Below, in pieces: positions 26,277 through 38,070 of a stretch of DNA of 64,000 nucleotides. The DNA is taken from assembly GCF_964194155.1 (NCBI RefSeq), contig NC_135889.1, positions 65,782,001 through 65,846,000 on the forward strand, in the 5' to 3' direction. The translations under genes and the position numbers were made by a program. Below the pieces are notes generated by a model. That model was not told the DNA's origin. It saw only the letters and a list, made by a program, of their open reading frames with translations, and ran no database searches. The stretch is from Cetorhinus maximus. Its lineage: Eukaryota. The first letter of the stretch is position 1; every line of letters starts with the position of its first letter.

Positions 26277-28910
26277 GCAGGCTATGACTAGTGGGGTACT
26301 GCAAAGATCACTGCTTGGGCCCCAGCTATTCACAATCTATATCAATGATTTGGATCTGGGGACCAAATGTAATATTTCCAAGTTTAATGATGACACCAGA
26401 CTAGGTGGGACTGTGAGTTGTGAGGAAGATGCAGAGAAGCTTCAAGGTGATGTGGACAAGCTAATTGAGTGGGCAAGAACATGGCAGATGGAATATAATG
26501 TGGAAAAATGTGAAGTTATCCACTTTTGTAGGAAAAACAGAAATGCAGAGTATTTCTTAAATATTGTGAAATTGGGAAGTGTTGATGTTCAAAGGGACCT
26601 GGGTGTCCTTGTTCATGAGTCACTGAAAGCTAACATACAGGTGCAGCAAGCAATTAGAAAGACAAACGGTATGTTGCCCTTAATTTTAAGAGGAGTTGAG
26701 TACAGGAGTAGATAAGTCTTGCTGCAGTTGTATAGAGTCTTGATGAGACCGCACCTGGAATATTGTGTACAGTTTTGGTTTCCTTGCCTAAGGAAGGATA
26801 TACATGACATAGAGGGTGTGCAATAAAGGTTCACCAGACTGATCCCTGGGATGGTGGGATTGTCCTATGAAGAGAGGTTGAGGAGACTGGACCTATATTC
26901 TCTGGAATTTAGAAGAATGAGAGGTGATCTCATTGAAACATACAAAATTCTTACAGGGCTTGATGGGGTAGATGCAGGAAGGACAATTTCCCCTGGCTGT
27001 GGGGTGGTCTAGAACAAGGGGGCACAGTCTCAAAATAACAGATAGACCATGTAGGACTGAGATGAGAAGGAATTTCTTCACTCAGAGGGTGGTAAATCTT
27101 TGGAATTCTCTATCCCTGGGCTGTGATGGCTCAGTCAATGAGTATATTCAAGACAGAGATTGATAGATTTCTAGATATTAAAGACACCAAGAGATTATGG
27201 GGATAGTGCAGGAAAATGGCATTGAGGTAGAAGATAAGCCATGATCTATTTGAATGGTGGAGCAGGCTTAAGGGACCGAATGGTCTACTCCTGCTTCTAC
27301 TTCCTATGTTCCTTTGACAGGTTGTTGGACACATGTTGGTTCTTGACTTCAATGTTTTGTGGGGTGATTGAGATTGAATACATTTATTTGCCATAGTTTC
27401 AAGAAATGTAACATTAAGAAGGATGAAATGAGTAAAAATCATTCGGCTCATCAAACCCACATCTTCAACTGACCATATGCAATCTGCCCCATCATAGATT
27501 GGAGAAGTAGGAAAGTTCTATATGTTTCTCTCTGATCCCCAAAGTTCATTGAGCAACACTCCAGAATACTGTACCTATTCAATTTATAACTTCCTCAAAC
27601 AAATTGTCCAGTTTCTGTCACATTTCCATATTCTATACAGAGCATTTAACCATCCCTGTCAATATTTATTCCTTTATCGTTCAGACATTTAAGTTTATGT
27701 TTAATTGAGAATTCGTGATATGAGCATCTTTTGGCCATGAACAACTGCAGTAATTATTGCAAACCAGCTAGCCAATAGGGGGTGTGTTTTGCATGCTGGG
27801 CTCCATCAAATACAGCTTAGTTGTGCTAGATACTTACAGCATTTTAAATTTAATAATTTGTGAGAGCACAACCTTTTGATTGCTTTTAGTGCTCTGTTGC
27901 CCAGAATATTTGATCAAGCACATCATTTGGAGAGAATGTCATTTGAGTAATCTGACATAAAATTTCTAAGTTAGTAATATATCTATATGTAATAGAAATA
28001 CGTCAAATAGTGCCTGTAAAGTTTGTTACTATTTCATACAATAGTAAAAATCTTCCCTTTCAGAACACTAAAACCTGCAGTTGTCCTCTGTAGGGCTTTT
28101 TATCCTGACCTTTGTAAAGTAACTGCTGTATGAAGTGGTGCATAGTTATTTGCTGATGTGCTGTGTTACATCTATAATGGTTTTTCTCCTTTCCAACCAA
28201 CTGGTGGCTTGTAATCTCACAAAAGCTGAATTGAGACAATACATGGCAGCAATCTATATGCTAAAATATTATTTTGTCTTTAGCCTTTATATATTCACTA
28301 ATATTTTCTTCATGTAGTCTTTCCAACAGTTGGTTGCTCTGTAGGTTGCAACCAATACCTTAGTTTGAACAATTATGGCTCATAAACACTCTCTGGTCAT
28401 GGATTTGAATAACCGGTGACTAATTTCAAACATAGTTGAATAAATTATAGCTGAGTAAATTATACAGTGGCTTTGAATTCGCATGGACACTCCTCTGATC
28501 TTCTGTTATAACTTCAGCAAGAGATTAATAAAATCCCAGAGAAACAACATTCCTTTTTAATAGCTGCATCATTTATCCTGTTTTCCACAAGTTTCCTGCT
28601 AGAGAGCTACTGCAGGATTTTCAGACAATCATGTTTTTGTTTGAACATGTCTTTGCTCATCCCTCAAAATTTTGTGACTATAACCTAATTATGACTGGGG
28701 AAAATGCTTTATTTTCTATTATATCACTGTCATTCTTTTTTTATGGTTACTGGTGAATGTTGCCAAATGGTGCTTGTGGGGATTAAACCTGCATTTATTA
28801 ATGCTGTAACAGCATGTTGATATTGGCATCTGAGGCACCTGTAATGATTTTGTGTGATTATGTTTTATTCTGCAGGGCCATGTGCCATTACAACAAGCAG
28901 ATATCTCTGT

Positions 28911-29998
28911 TGTGATGAAACAGACCCTGATACTATATATTTTTATAAAAATATATTCTCATGTCTATTTCTTAATTTAAAACTGTACCTTGATTGAACA
29001 AAGACCATCAAGATGGCTGATCCTCTGTCTGTGAGTTTTTGTCTATAACCCCAGAACAAAAGAAGCCACTTTGCAGTTTCAGAGATCTCACACCTTGTTA
29101 TCTCAGAGGAGCTACTACCGAACACCTGGGGACTGCACAGCCCAACTTCAAAGGGAGCTACATTGAAGGCCTTTTGTATTTGATAAACCAGACTTGCCAG
29201 CAGAGATGGAACGTCTACTAAGACAGTGGTCTCTCAAACATTCCTTTTAACCCATAATAGCAGGGATGTTTAGCTGTCCTGAAGACCAAGCCAAATTCCA
29301 GACACTGGATAAACATTCCTTGCTGAAGACCTTGTGAAGAGGTAATGTTACACAACCTAAGCCTCTGGCTTGTTGAACAAGTAATAAAGCCTTGCTGAGT
29401 TGAAGGGCTCAGTCTGTTACTTTAACATCTGACTGGCAGGCCACACCAAAGGAGCTCTAGCCCAGCTTGGACACCTGGCCCCATCTACCCTGCTTATGCT
29501 GGAAGTTCTGTACCATCACCTACAAAACTGATTCATCTCTGAGTGCTTATTTCATCATGTGACGTCAATACCACCAGAAAAGTGAATTATGCTACATGGG
29601 TTTTCAGCCTACTGACCTCCATAAAGGAATACCTCATTGGACTTTGATTTTGGACTCTGGAACCCAGGTGAGCAATAATTATTTTCTCTGTGGTCTCTGT
29701 ACTGTAAAACCTCCTTTTTTCTATCCCTCTCTTTACTGCCTGAGTGTGGAGGTGACGTTGTGACCTTCCTTTCACATTTTGAATGTGTACAATAAACTAA
29801 CCCTTAGAGTTCATCCTATCTCGAGTTTGCTGTGGGGTTATTAATTTTAAAAATTGGATCACACAAAAACCGAGGTGTTGGGGAAATACACCACCATTTA
29901 TAAAGAGGGAAATAAATCAAAACACCTTTCTGTCTACGGATGGGTGATGAGAGGAGAAATTAGTGGTGTTTGAACGGGACTCCCTCCTGTCCATGACA
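28911..29998 (+). mobile_element. Solo LTR
   Basis: TGTGATG...CATGACA termini, perfect 4-bp TSD ctgt (28907-28910 and 29999-30002), internal AATAAA at 29791. Confidence 0.8.
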
Positions 29999-30849
29999 CT
30001 GTCATGAGTAACTATAACTGCACAAAGGAATTGATGTCAGAATATACTGAATACATGTCAGAAAGTACAGACCTATATAGGTATGGTTAGAGTTTCTGCA
30101 GCACTCAGGTAAAGCTTAAACATTATTTTACTTGGAGAATAACCCTTTTCTTCTGGCAGTATTTTGCGATTTAGATAAACATTTGGTTGCTTTCTTAAAT
30201 GTTTGGCTCATTATATCACTGATATCTCTGAAGTATAGGTGTGCATGGTGAAGGATGAGATTGATCTTTTAATGTTAGTTGACAAAGAATACTGCCATAT
30301 TTACTGAGAGAAATGTGAGGGATGCTCTCCCACTCATTGAAGATACCAGCAAACCCTTTTGTTCTACTTATGGTGATTTGCTAATAATTCAAACGCCCTG
30401 ATGAAACTATCTATGTCATCCCCTTCTTTAATTCATTCTAATTTGATACCAAATTTTAAACTTTTCTCAGCAGATCATGGGCTAAATAAAACTCAATCCT
30501 CACTCACTGAATTTGCTGTTGATACCTATTTCTCTGCCAGTTCACGAAAATATTGTCTCTCATTCTCACCCACCTTGTGCTGACACTGTCAACCTAATTA
30601 TGAAACGATACTCCTCACTGAAATAGGGGGGACCTGTAGCAGGTCAGGAATCCATTGGGATCTACAGCAGACTTTGCCCTGGCTCTTTATCTGAGCATGG
30701 TATTTGCATCCCACTTCTCCGTTTCCCCAGTAGAGAGGGGAGGCAGGATGATGCACCAAATCTATAAATGGAAAGATTTCTAACTAAAGGGATCCCGGCA
30801 AGGGTCAGGAAGGCTCAGAAGGTCATGAATTCCCGAGGCTACAGCAACT

Positions 30850-31580
30850 GCAGGGATGGAGAGGCCTGGGAAGGCTGCTCCCCGGGTCTTTCATTCTTAC
30901 TTGGAGATCCTGCTGCTGAATCTGAGGGACTGCAGGAAGGTGATCTCTCCCAACAGCAGGAGAGATTCATCTTTCTCATTCCTCTCCCTTCAGGCAACTC
31001 CTGACATTCACATCTGCCAATACCCACACTCACTCTCATTCAATTGCCCTCTCACACCCATATCTCATGGTCACTCTCCACAAATGTTGACCTCTCCTAT
31101 CCAAACAAAGCCATTTCTAAAACTCTCTGCTTTTTTTCCTTGTGGGAGAAGAGAACGCACAACTTCAGGGAAAGACGGAAGCCCAAGTGGGTTTGCAAGG
31201 GTGGAGGGGGGGTGTTGTAGTGTTGGTGGAGTGCACTCCGGTGACATCCACCTTAGCAGCTACTGGCCATGCATGTCCACTTAGTCCACTGGGAAGAAGA
31301 TCTTGTTCGAGGAGGCTGTTGATGTCTGCTGTGAAAGCCTCGAGCCTCCTGAGGCACTGGTATTTCAACAAGTTGAGAGAGATTAACCTGTGTTGGGGAT
31401 CTTGCCCCCTTGCAGCTGTATTGCTGTATCCATCCCCTCTGCCCTGTGGAGCAGCATGTGGCTGAAGAGTGTGGCTGCTGCTGACCTTTCTCCTTCTGAT
31501 CCTGTTGTTGGTAGTTTTTCTGTTCCCTTGTTCCTCATCAAAGCTGCAAGGTAGAACAACATAAGCTGCTCCCATGTTGC
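30850..31580. mobile_element. Ancient internally deleted Harbinger: Myb/SANT N-terminus (+) abutting transposase N-terminus (-)
   Basis: Plus: GKAAPR...LEILL..LRDCRKVISP and EKRTHNFRERR. Minus: QCLRRL...LLEQDLLPSGLSGHAWPVAAKV, paralleling QCRRRLRL...GGHPMPVALRV at 48027-48920. Confidence 0.6.
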
Positions 31581-32038
31581 GGTGAAGGCCGACAGCAGGC
31601 AGTGCAGTTTAATGTGTGTGAAGTGCAAGGCAGGTGATCTAAATCCCAAAAAATTGGTAGTCATTTGTCAAGCAGTAAAAGGATACTTTCAAAATAAGTG
31701 CTCTGAGCACCAGCCTATTACCTGGGCGTGGCTTGAGTTTCACTGTTCAAAGCCTTCTCAGCTTGTCAGTTTCATTGAAGAAATAATCCCTGCCATGCAT
31801 GCATTTGGTTAACACTGGCAAGTTGCTGACAGCTCAGGAAATAGTTGCACTGGCTTTTAAGCCAGAAAAGTTGGTTAAAACAGCAGTTAATCATTTATTT
31901 CCAAATGACACTTACCTGACAGCTCCAAGAGGGTTCCCCAATCGCCTGTGTAGGATTGAGTTTATTTTTATGATTATAGAACTGATAGTGTTTAATCGGT
32001 GTATCTTGAGGTATATTTACTAACATTGTATTCTGAAT

Positions 32039-33225
32039 AAATAAAAGCAAAAAACTGCAGATGCTGGAAATCCAAAACAAAAACAAAAATACCTGGAAAA
32101 ACTCAGCAGATCTGGCAGCATCTGTGGAGAGGAACACAGTTAACGTTTTGAATGACCCTTCAACAGAACTAAGTAAAAATAGAAAAGAGGTGAAATATAA
32201 GTTGGTTTAAGGAGGGCGGGGTGTGGGGGGGGTTGGGGGGTGGGTGGGGGCGGTAGGACAAGAAGAGTTGGATAGAGGGCCAGTGATAGGTGGAGATAAC
32301 CAAAAGATGTCATAGACAAAAGGACAAAGAGGTGTTGAAAGTGGTGATATTTTCTAAGGAATGTGTTAATTAAGGGTAGAAAGCAGGACGAGCAAGGTAC
32401 AGATAGCCCTAGTGGGAGGAAGGGATCAAAATAGGCTAAAAGGTAGAGATAAAACAATGGATGGAAATATACTTAAAAATAATGGAAGTAGGTGGGAAAA
32501 GAAAAATCTATATAAATTATTGGAAAAAACAAAAAGGAGGGGGAAAATCGGAAAGGGGGTGGGGATGGAGAAGAGAGTTCATGATCTAAAATTGTTGAAC
32601 TCAATATTCAGTCCGGAAGGCTGTAAAGTGCCTAGTCGGAAGATGAGGCGCTGTTCCTCCAGCTTGCGTTGAGCTTCACTGGAACAATGCAGCAAGCCAA
32701 GGACGGACATGTGGGCATGAGAGCAGGGTGGAATGTTGAAATGGCAAGCGACAGGGAGGTCTGGGTAATGCTTGCGGACAGACCGAAGGTGTTCTGCAAA
32801 GCGGTCACCCAGTCTGCGTTTGGTCTCTCCAATGTAGAGGAAACCACTTTGGGAGCAACGAATGCAGTAGACTAAGTTGAGGGAAGTGCAAGTGAAATGC
32901 TGCTTCACTTGAAAGGAGTGTTTGGGCCCTTGGACGGTGAGGAGAGGGGAAGTAAAGGGGCAGGTGTTGCACCTTCTGCGGTTGCATGGGAAGGTGCCGT
33001 GGGAGGGGGTTGAGGTGTAGGGGGTGATGGAGGAGTGGACCAGGGTGTCCCAGAGGGAATGATCCCTGCGGAATGCCGCCGGGGGGGTGAAGGGAAGATG
33101 TGTTTGGTGGAGATATCATGCTGGAGTTCTGTTGAAGGGTCATTCGGACTCGAAACGTTAACTGTGCTCCTCTCCACAGATGCTGCCAGACCTGCTGAGT
33201 TTTTCCAGGTATTTTTGTTTTTGTT
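32039..33225 (-). mobile_element. Penelope-like element, 5'-truncated, with GIY-YIG domain and inverted terminal pLTR
   Basis: ORF 32579-32908 NLVYCIRCSQSGFLYIGETKRRLGDRFAEH. Approx. 100-bp inverted repeat (about 32074-32170 versus 33125-33227). 13-bp TSD ttgtattctgaat at 32026-32038 and 33226-33238. Confidence 0.92.
33125..33163 (+). ncRNA. Minimal type I hammerhead ribozyme motif with variant core CUGUUGA, in Penelope pLTR
   Basis: AGTT-CTGTTGA-A-GGGTC attcg GACTC-GAAAC GTT-AACT: stem I AGTT/AACT, stem II hairpin, palindromic stem III. Confidence 0.6.
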
Positions 33226-33870
33226 TTGTATTCTGAATGTAATGTAACTGCAAGGCATAACAAATAAGCTTAGCTAAAAGTTAGATGAAGTCTTGTATAA
33301 GTTATATGAAATGCCAAGAAGGAATGTAAAATGGCAAATTCATTTAGTGTAATGCTTTAAACTGTGGACAGCCTCAGGGAAAATTCCAGCCCTTTGTCCA
33401 GTAAAAGACTGTAAAACATACTCTATCCAGCAAAAAGCCGTAAAAATAGGCTCTGCATATATTGACCCTTTTAAACTGTCATTGTTAGATAAACGACCAT
33501 AGAGCTGCAGCCCGCAGGAGGTGTGACCTTTTGGTCTAAGAGCTGTGAAAGAAAAAAGACACAAGTTGCATAGAATTAACACCTATCAAGGAAGTGTGAG
33601 ACAATGGGTGGAATTTTCCCAGATTTGCACTCAGTGCGGTAGCAGGTGGGGAAAACAACATTTTACCTGCCGGCCGTGATGGCGAGTTTTCACACCGTAT
33701 CGTCCCAAACCCACCTCATTATTTATGCTCTCCCGGGAAACACACCATTTCCATGGTGGGCAGGCTCTCATTCACCCTCCCGCCGTAGCATCACGCCAGC
33801 CGCCATGTTTGGAAGGCAGCCGCCAGCACATCGCTCATCACTACCAGCTCACCACCGCTGCCTGGGAGAC

Positions 33871-35050
33871 ATGGCCAGCAAAGGAAAAAAGACCACAGCC
33901 CCCAGTTTAATGACGAGTCCCTCAAGCAACTGCTGGATGCCGTGGAGGCCCGCCGGGATGTACTGTGCCCCCACTCTGACAGCAGGAGGCGCAACAACAT
34001 GACCAACCCGGCTTGGGAGGCGGTGGCAGTGGTGGTCAGTGCCAACGCCCTTCAGAAGAGGACAAGAGAATGAATGATCTCCTCCGTTCCGCCAGGGCAA
34101 GTCATTCTTTTCATCACTTCCAACTCACACACTCACAAACCCGTCACACACCCACAGGGCCCTCACTCACTGCCAGTGCAAGGGACATCACCATTCACTC
34201 TCTCACACTCACCGCCAGTGCCCTCATCCCGTTCATGGGACCACTCACCACCCGCACAGGCCAGGCATTCTTATCATCTGGCCTGGCAGGTGTCCTACTT
34301 ACACTTTCTCCATCTCTATTCATGCAGGACAAGCTGGTACACAACAAGAGTGGGAGGTTCCAGACTGGTGGAGGAATGCCTGAAATCAAGGCCCTCACAG
34401 ACTTTGAAAACAGAGCCATCCAGCTGGCCGGCGAGAATCTGGGCTGCTCCTGTGCTAACAGTGAGGTCGGCAGTGCTCTACCAAGTGAGGATCCAGCAGT
34501 GCAATATCCATCAGACGACCACGCTGTGAGTGATCTGTCCTGTTTCACAGGCCACTGCCATGCGCTAATTACCTCCCCTTGCTTTCGCAGGCACATCTGC
34601 CAAACAGCTGACAGAGTCCATGACCCAGGGCCTCCAATCAAGCTCTGAAGAAACCTCTGAAGAGGAATCTGGAGGCACCCTCCTCAAAGTCCCGTCACAG
34701 TGCTCACCCACACCCTCCACCAGCACAGAGACACACACCTCGGTGGGACCTAGCTTTAGAGTAGACACGGGATCACAATCTGGTGAGCACATCACACTGT
34801 CTGATCCACAGCAGGCGGCAGCAGGGACTTCCTAGGTCCCCGGCATTTGGAGGACATTCATCTGAGTCAGGTGACAAGCCTCTGGACCCTGGACTGGAAA
34901 GCAGTCGGGACCCTCCAAGTCTTGGCCCACCAGAGGATGCCCACCAAAGTCACCATAGACAGGGCGTCGCAGTCAGCAGGCTGCCTCCACCTCCACTGTG
35001 AATGTCCGGGGAGCACCAAGACATAGAGACAGGGTTAGGGAAGTGTAGGA
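33871..35050 (+). pseudogene. Harbinger Myb/SANT-like DNA-binding protein, three exons, disabled
   Basis: MASKGKKTTAP..FNDESLKQLLDAVEARRDVL...AWEAVA...RMNDLLRSAR; intron 34097-34327 (gc...cag); DKLVHNK...QTGGG; intron 34485-34590 (gt...cag); AATAAA at 35112. Confidence 0.75.
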
Positions 35051-35132
35051 GAATTGGTTGCACAGTCTGTGCATGGGTGTTATTCGCTTGTACATACTGT
35101 TCATTATTTTCAATAAACTCTCAAAAATGTCT

Positions 35133-35360
35133 AAGATAAAAGCAAAATACTGCGAATGCTGGAAATCTGAAACAAAAACAGAAAATGCCGGAAAAACTCA
35201 GCATGTCTGGCAGCATCTGTGGAGAGAAAGACAGAGTTAACGTTTCGAGTCCGTATGACTCTTCTTCAGAGCTACAGAGAAGTAGAAATGTGATGAAATT
35301 TATACTCTTTAAGGGAGATGGAGCAGGTGAAGCTGTATAGAAGGCCAGCAATAGGTGGGG
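35133..35360 (-). mobile_element. Penelope 3' pLTR fragment inserted in the Harbinger
   Basis: ataaaagcaaaatactgcgaatgctggaaatc...gcagcatctgtggagag; homologous to 32041-32300 and 62570-62795. Confidence 0.85.
35235..35273 (-). ncRNA. Minimal type I hammerhead ribozyme motif with canonical core
   Basis: Minus strand AGCT-CTGAAGA-A-GAGTC atacg GACTC-GAAAC GTT-AACT; one mismatch in stem I. Confidence 0.7.
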
Positions 35361-35661
35361 CCCCTATTGCTGCACCTCAGCGATACTTGTCATTGCTGCA
35401 GAATGTAGTGGGCAGGCACCACAGAGTTCGCTCATTCTCTCAATGTGCTCTCGGCACCTTTTTAAGGTGGGGCTGGCCCCCATCTCTTCAGCACCAGTGA
35501 CACGGTGCCCCTGAAGGACTCATGTGCTGAAGGTGGACAAAGCATCAGATGCTTCTAAAGTTTCTTGGCTGCGTCTCTTTGATATGATCCTGATCACAGA
35601 ACATAAGCGAGCTGCCCTCAGCCAGACAGGAGTCAGACATTCACAGAGACTATGTGAAGAT

Positions 35662-36479
35662 CTATGGAGTGTCCTTCCTGCATGTCATCATCATCGGGAT
35701 CTGTGACTGACTGAGAGTGTAGGCGTCGTGCACACTCCGTGGAAACCGTGCACACAACTGCAGGATCTGTTTCTGGTGGTCGCATACCAGCTGTTTGTTC
35801 AGTGAGTGGAAGCCCTTGCGGTTGATGAAGTCCACTGAGTGTAGCGACAGAGACCTGAGCACCACATGAGTGCAGTCAATCACACCCTGCACCTGTGGGA
35901 ATCCCGAGATCAGGGCGAATCCAATCACTCTTGCATCCTGGCTGTCCCGGTCCCGGGTGAAATGCACAAAGTTGTGTGCCCTCGCAAAGGTGGCAACCGT
36001 GACCTCATAGGTGCATTTGTGGGTGGAGGATTGTGAAATCCCACAGAGGTCACTTGTGGAGCCCCGAAAGGAGCCACTGGCATAGAAATTGAGCACCGCG
36101 GTCACTTTCACAGCCGCTGGCAGTGGATGCCCTCCATGCCCCTGTGGTGCCAAGTTCTGCAGTTAGGCCGATGTGAGTCACCAGTTCCCTAGACATGCGC
36201 AGTTGTCGGTGACACTGGTTCTCAATCATCTGCAGGAATGGCAGGTGGCGTCTATAGACCCTGGGCGTCGCTGGGCACCGACCAGCCACGGCTCACTATC
36301 GCTCCTGGGCAGCGTGTGCGGGAGCCCCTGCTGCCCCTTCTTCATGAGGTTGCTGCTCCTGACTTTGCACGGCCAGGAGCCTCAGTCGCTCTCTCCTCCT
36401 CCTTCTGCGCTCTCTGTAGGCCATCAGGCAGACAGCTAGGTCACCAGGCTCCATGCTCCTGATGTGGTCCTCCAACGGC
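35662..36479 (-). pseudogene. Harbinger DDE transposase, frameshifted, C-terminal part deleted
   Basis: RVYRRH..F...QC.RQLRMSRE, LNFYASGSF, GFPQVQGVIDCTHV, NRKGFHSLN.QLVCD, SVHDAY; the DxGY and E motifs are absent. Confidence 0.85.
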
Positions 36480-38070
36480 ATGAAAGAGAGAGAGAGACGT
36501 GGTTAGCATGGGTGAACTTAACACCATTCCTGGCCCTGTGTGATGGTCCCTTAACACTTCCCAGAGAGTGCTGGCCACCCCTCAGATGGCCACAGATGAG
36601 TGCACTGCATGGCTGCCCTGTCAACCTGCGACATGGGGGAGACTGCCCCTAAACAGGATGCTGAGATTGCAAGAGGCTGTGAGCGGCTCCAGCAGTGACT
36701 GCTACAAGGCCAGCGTTGGCGAGGAGATTGTACAACGTGTGCTGTCCAACTGCTCCACAGTCCATTAAAGTGGTCACGGACTCGCAGTCTGTGCCAGGGG
36801 AGGGGGGAAGGTATGGAGTGCTTGGAGACCCTTTGGTGCCTCCACATTGCTTGCATGGGCAGGCAGGCTAGGAGCCTGACCCCAATCATATCACTGTGAC
36901 TGTACCTGATCTGTATTAGTTGCAGAGGCATGGTCAGCTTATACAGGTGTCCCTAATGCATGGCCACTTCCCTCGCTTACCCTGACCCCCATCTTGATTT
37001 CTTCAGCGCGGGATCCAACACCAGGGCAGCAGCGGCCCCCGGACACCACCCCCACCCCGCTGAAAATATTCACCTCCGAGGCAAGGCGGGGCGGCACTTC
37101 ACCCAGGCCCCTGGCGCCCCTGAAGCCTACAAAACAACAGGCGACCCTGGCGAGCTGCGGAAAACGATGCTGCTCAGTTCCCCCAAAGTGAAGGCCACCA
37201 AGCACATGTTGCCTGCGTGTTGTTGGGAAACACGTCGCCGTGCTTTCCCGCTGACGTGGATGGACGATACGGGGGAGTTCCAAGAGCCTGGCAGGATGGC
37301 TTTTTAATTATATGATAATGTGTTACAATGAGCTCCTCACAGCCAATGGTGGGAAACGTGGCCTGCCATCGGCGGGCTAAGTGGAAGATTGCAACCTGCC
37401 TTCCCGCCGTCGTGAAACCGATTGCAGCATATTGTCTGTGCATGCCACCTATCACGCCCACTGCCAGCGGGCACAGAAAATTCCACCCAATGGAGCCACT
37501 TCAAATAACAGAGACAGGGACCATATGCTAAGTGGTTGTGAGGGTCTTGAAATACATGCTAGCTCAAGGTACAGCCTTGGCAGAGCAATGGGGTAATTAT
37601 TAACCAACTGAGTAGTTAGAAAAGGAGTTTTACCTAATAGGGAACAGAGCCAGTGCTGGAACAGGGTGTAAAGCAAGAATTTGTAAGACCCCAAAGCACA
37701 CATTAAGAAGAAGGGGAGCAAGACGTCAGACAACAGGAAGATACAGCGCCACAGTAGGTCAGAGAATCAAGAGTCGGTGTTCCTGAGTGAATCGACTACT
37801 TACCACTGCCTTTGGTAATTATTGCATTTTGTACTACTTGTGGTTAACTTAATAAATTCTGTGATGCTTATGACATCATACTTGCGCCCACATGGCTTGT
37901 AGCTAAAGGGGACTAAAGGCCCCCTTTAATGTCAGCTCTCCCAACTCAGTTTGACAATTGTAATTGACCTGAAATCTTATACCTGAAAATCGGCCCTGGT
38001 GAAATCCAGATGTGGATGGGATGATGTCAGGATTCCTGCCCATTGCCACTTTTAGGGGATCTTCTCAGGC

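Larger units (their letters stand above)
21318..27312 (+). mobile_element. 5'-truncated CR1 LINE (RT and 3' end), interrupted by a Mag-type Gypsy at 21692-26276
   Basis: 21318-21691 encodes the DFSKAFDKVPH region. 26277 onward resumes at QAMTSGVLQRSLLGPQLFTIYINDLD...KFNDDT...RTRGH and ends in a ctatgtt tail. Confidence 0.9.
33606..37488. mobile_element. PIF/Harbinger DNA transposon with both TIRs and TSD, two convergent decayed genes
   Basis: Perfect 13-bp TIRs gggtggaattttc / gaaaattccaccc and 3-bp TSD aat on both sides. Myb/SANT gene on +, transposase on -. Confidence 0.93.
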
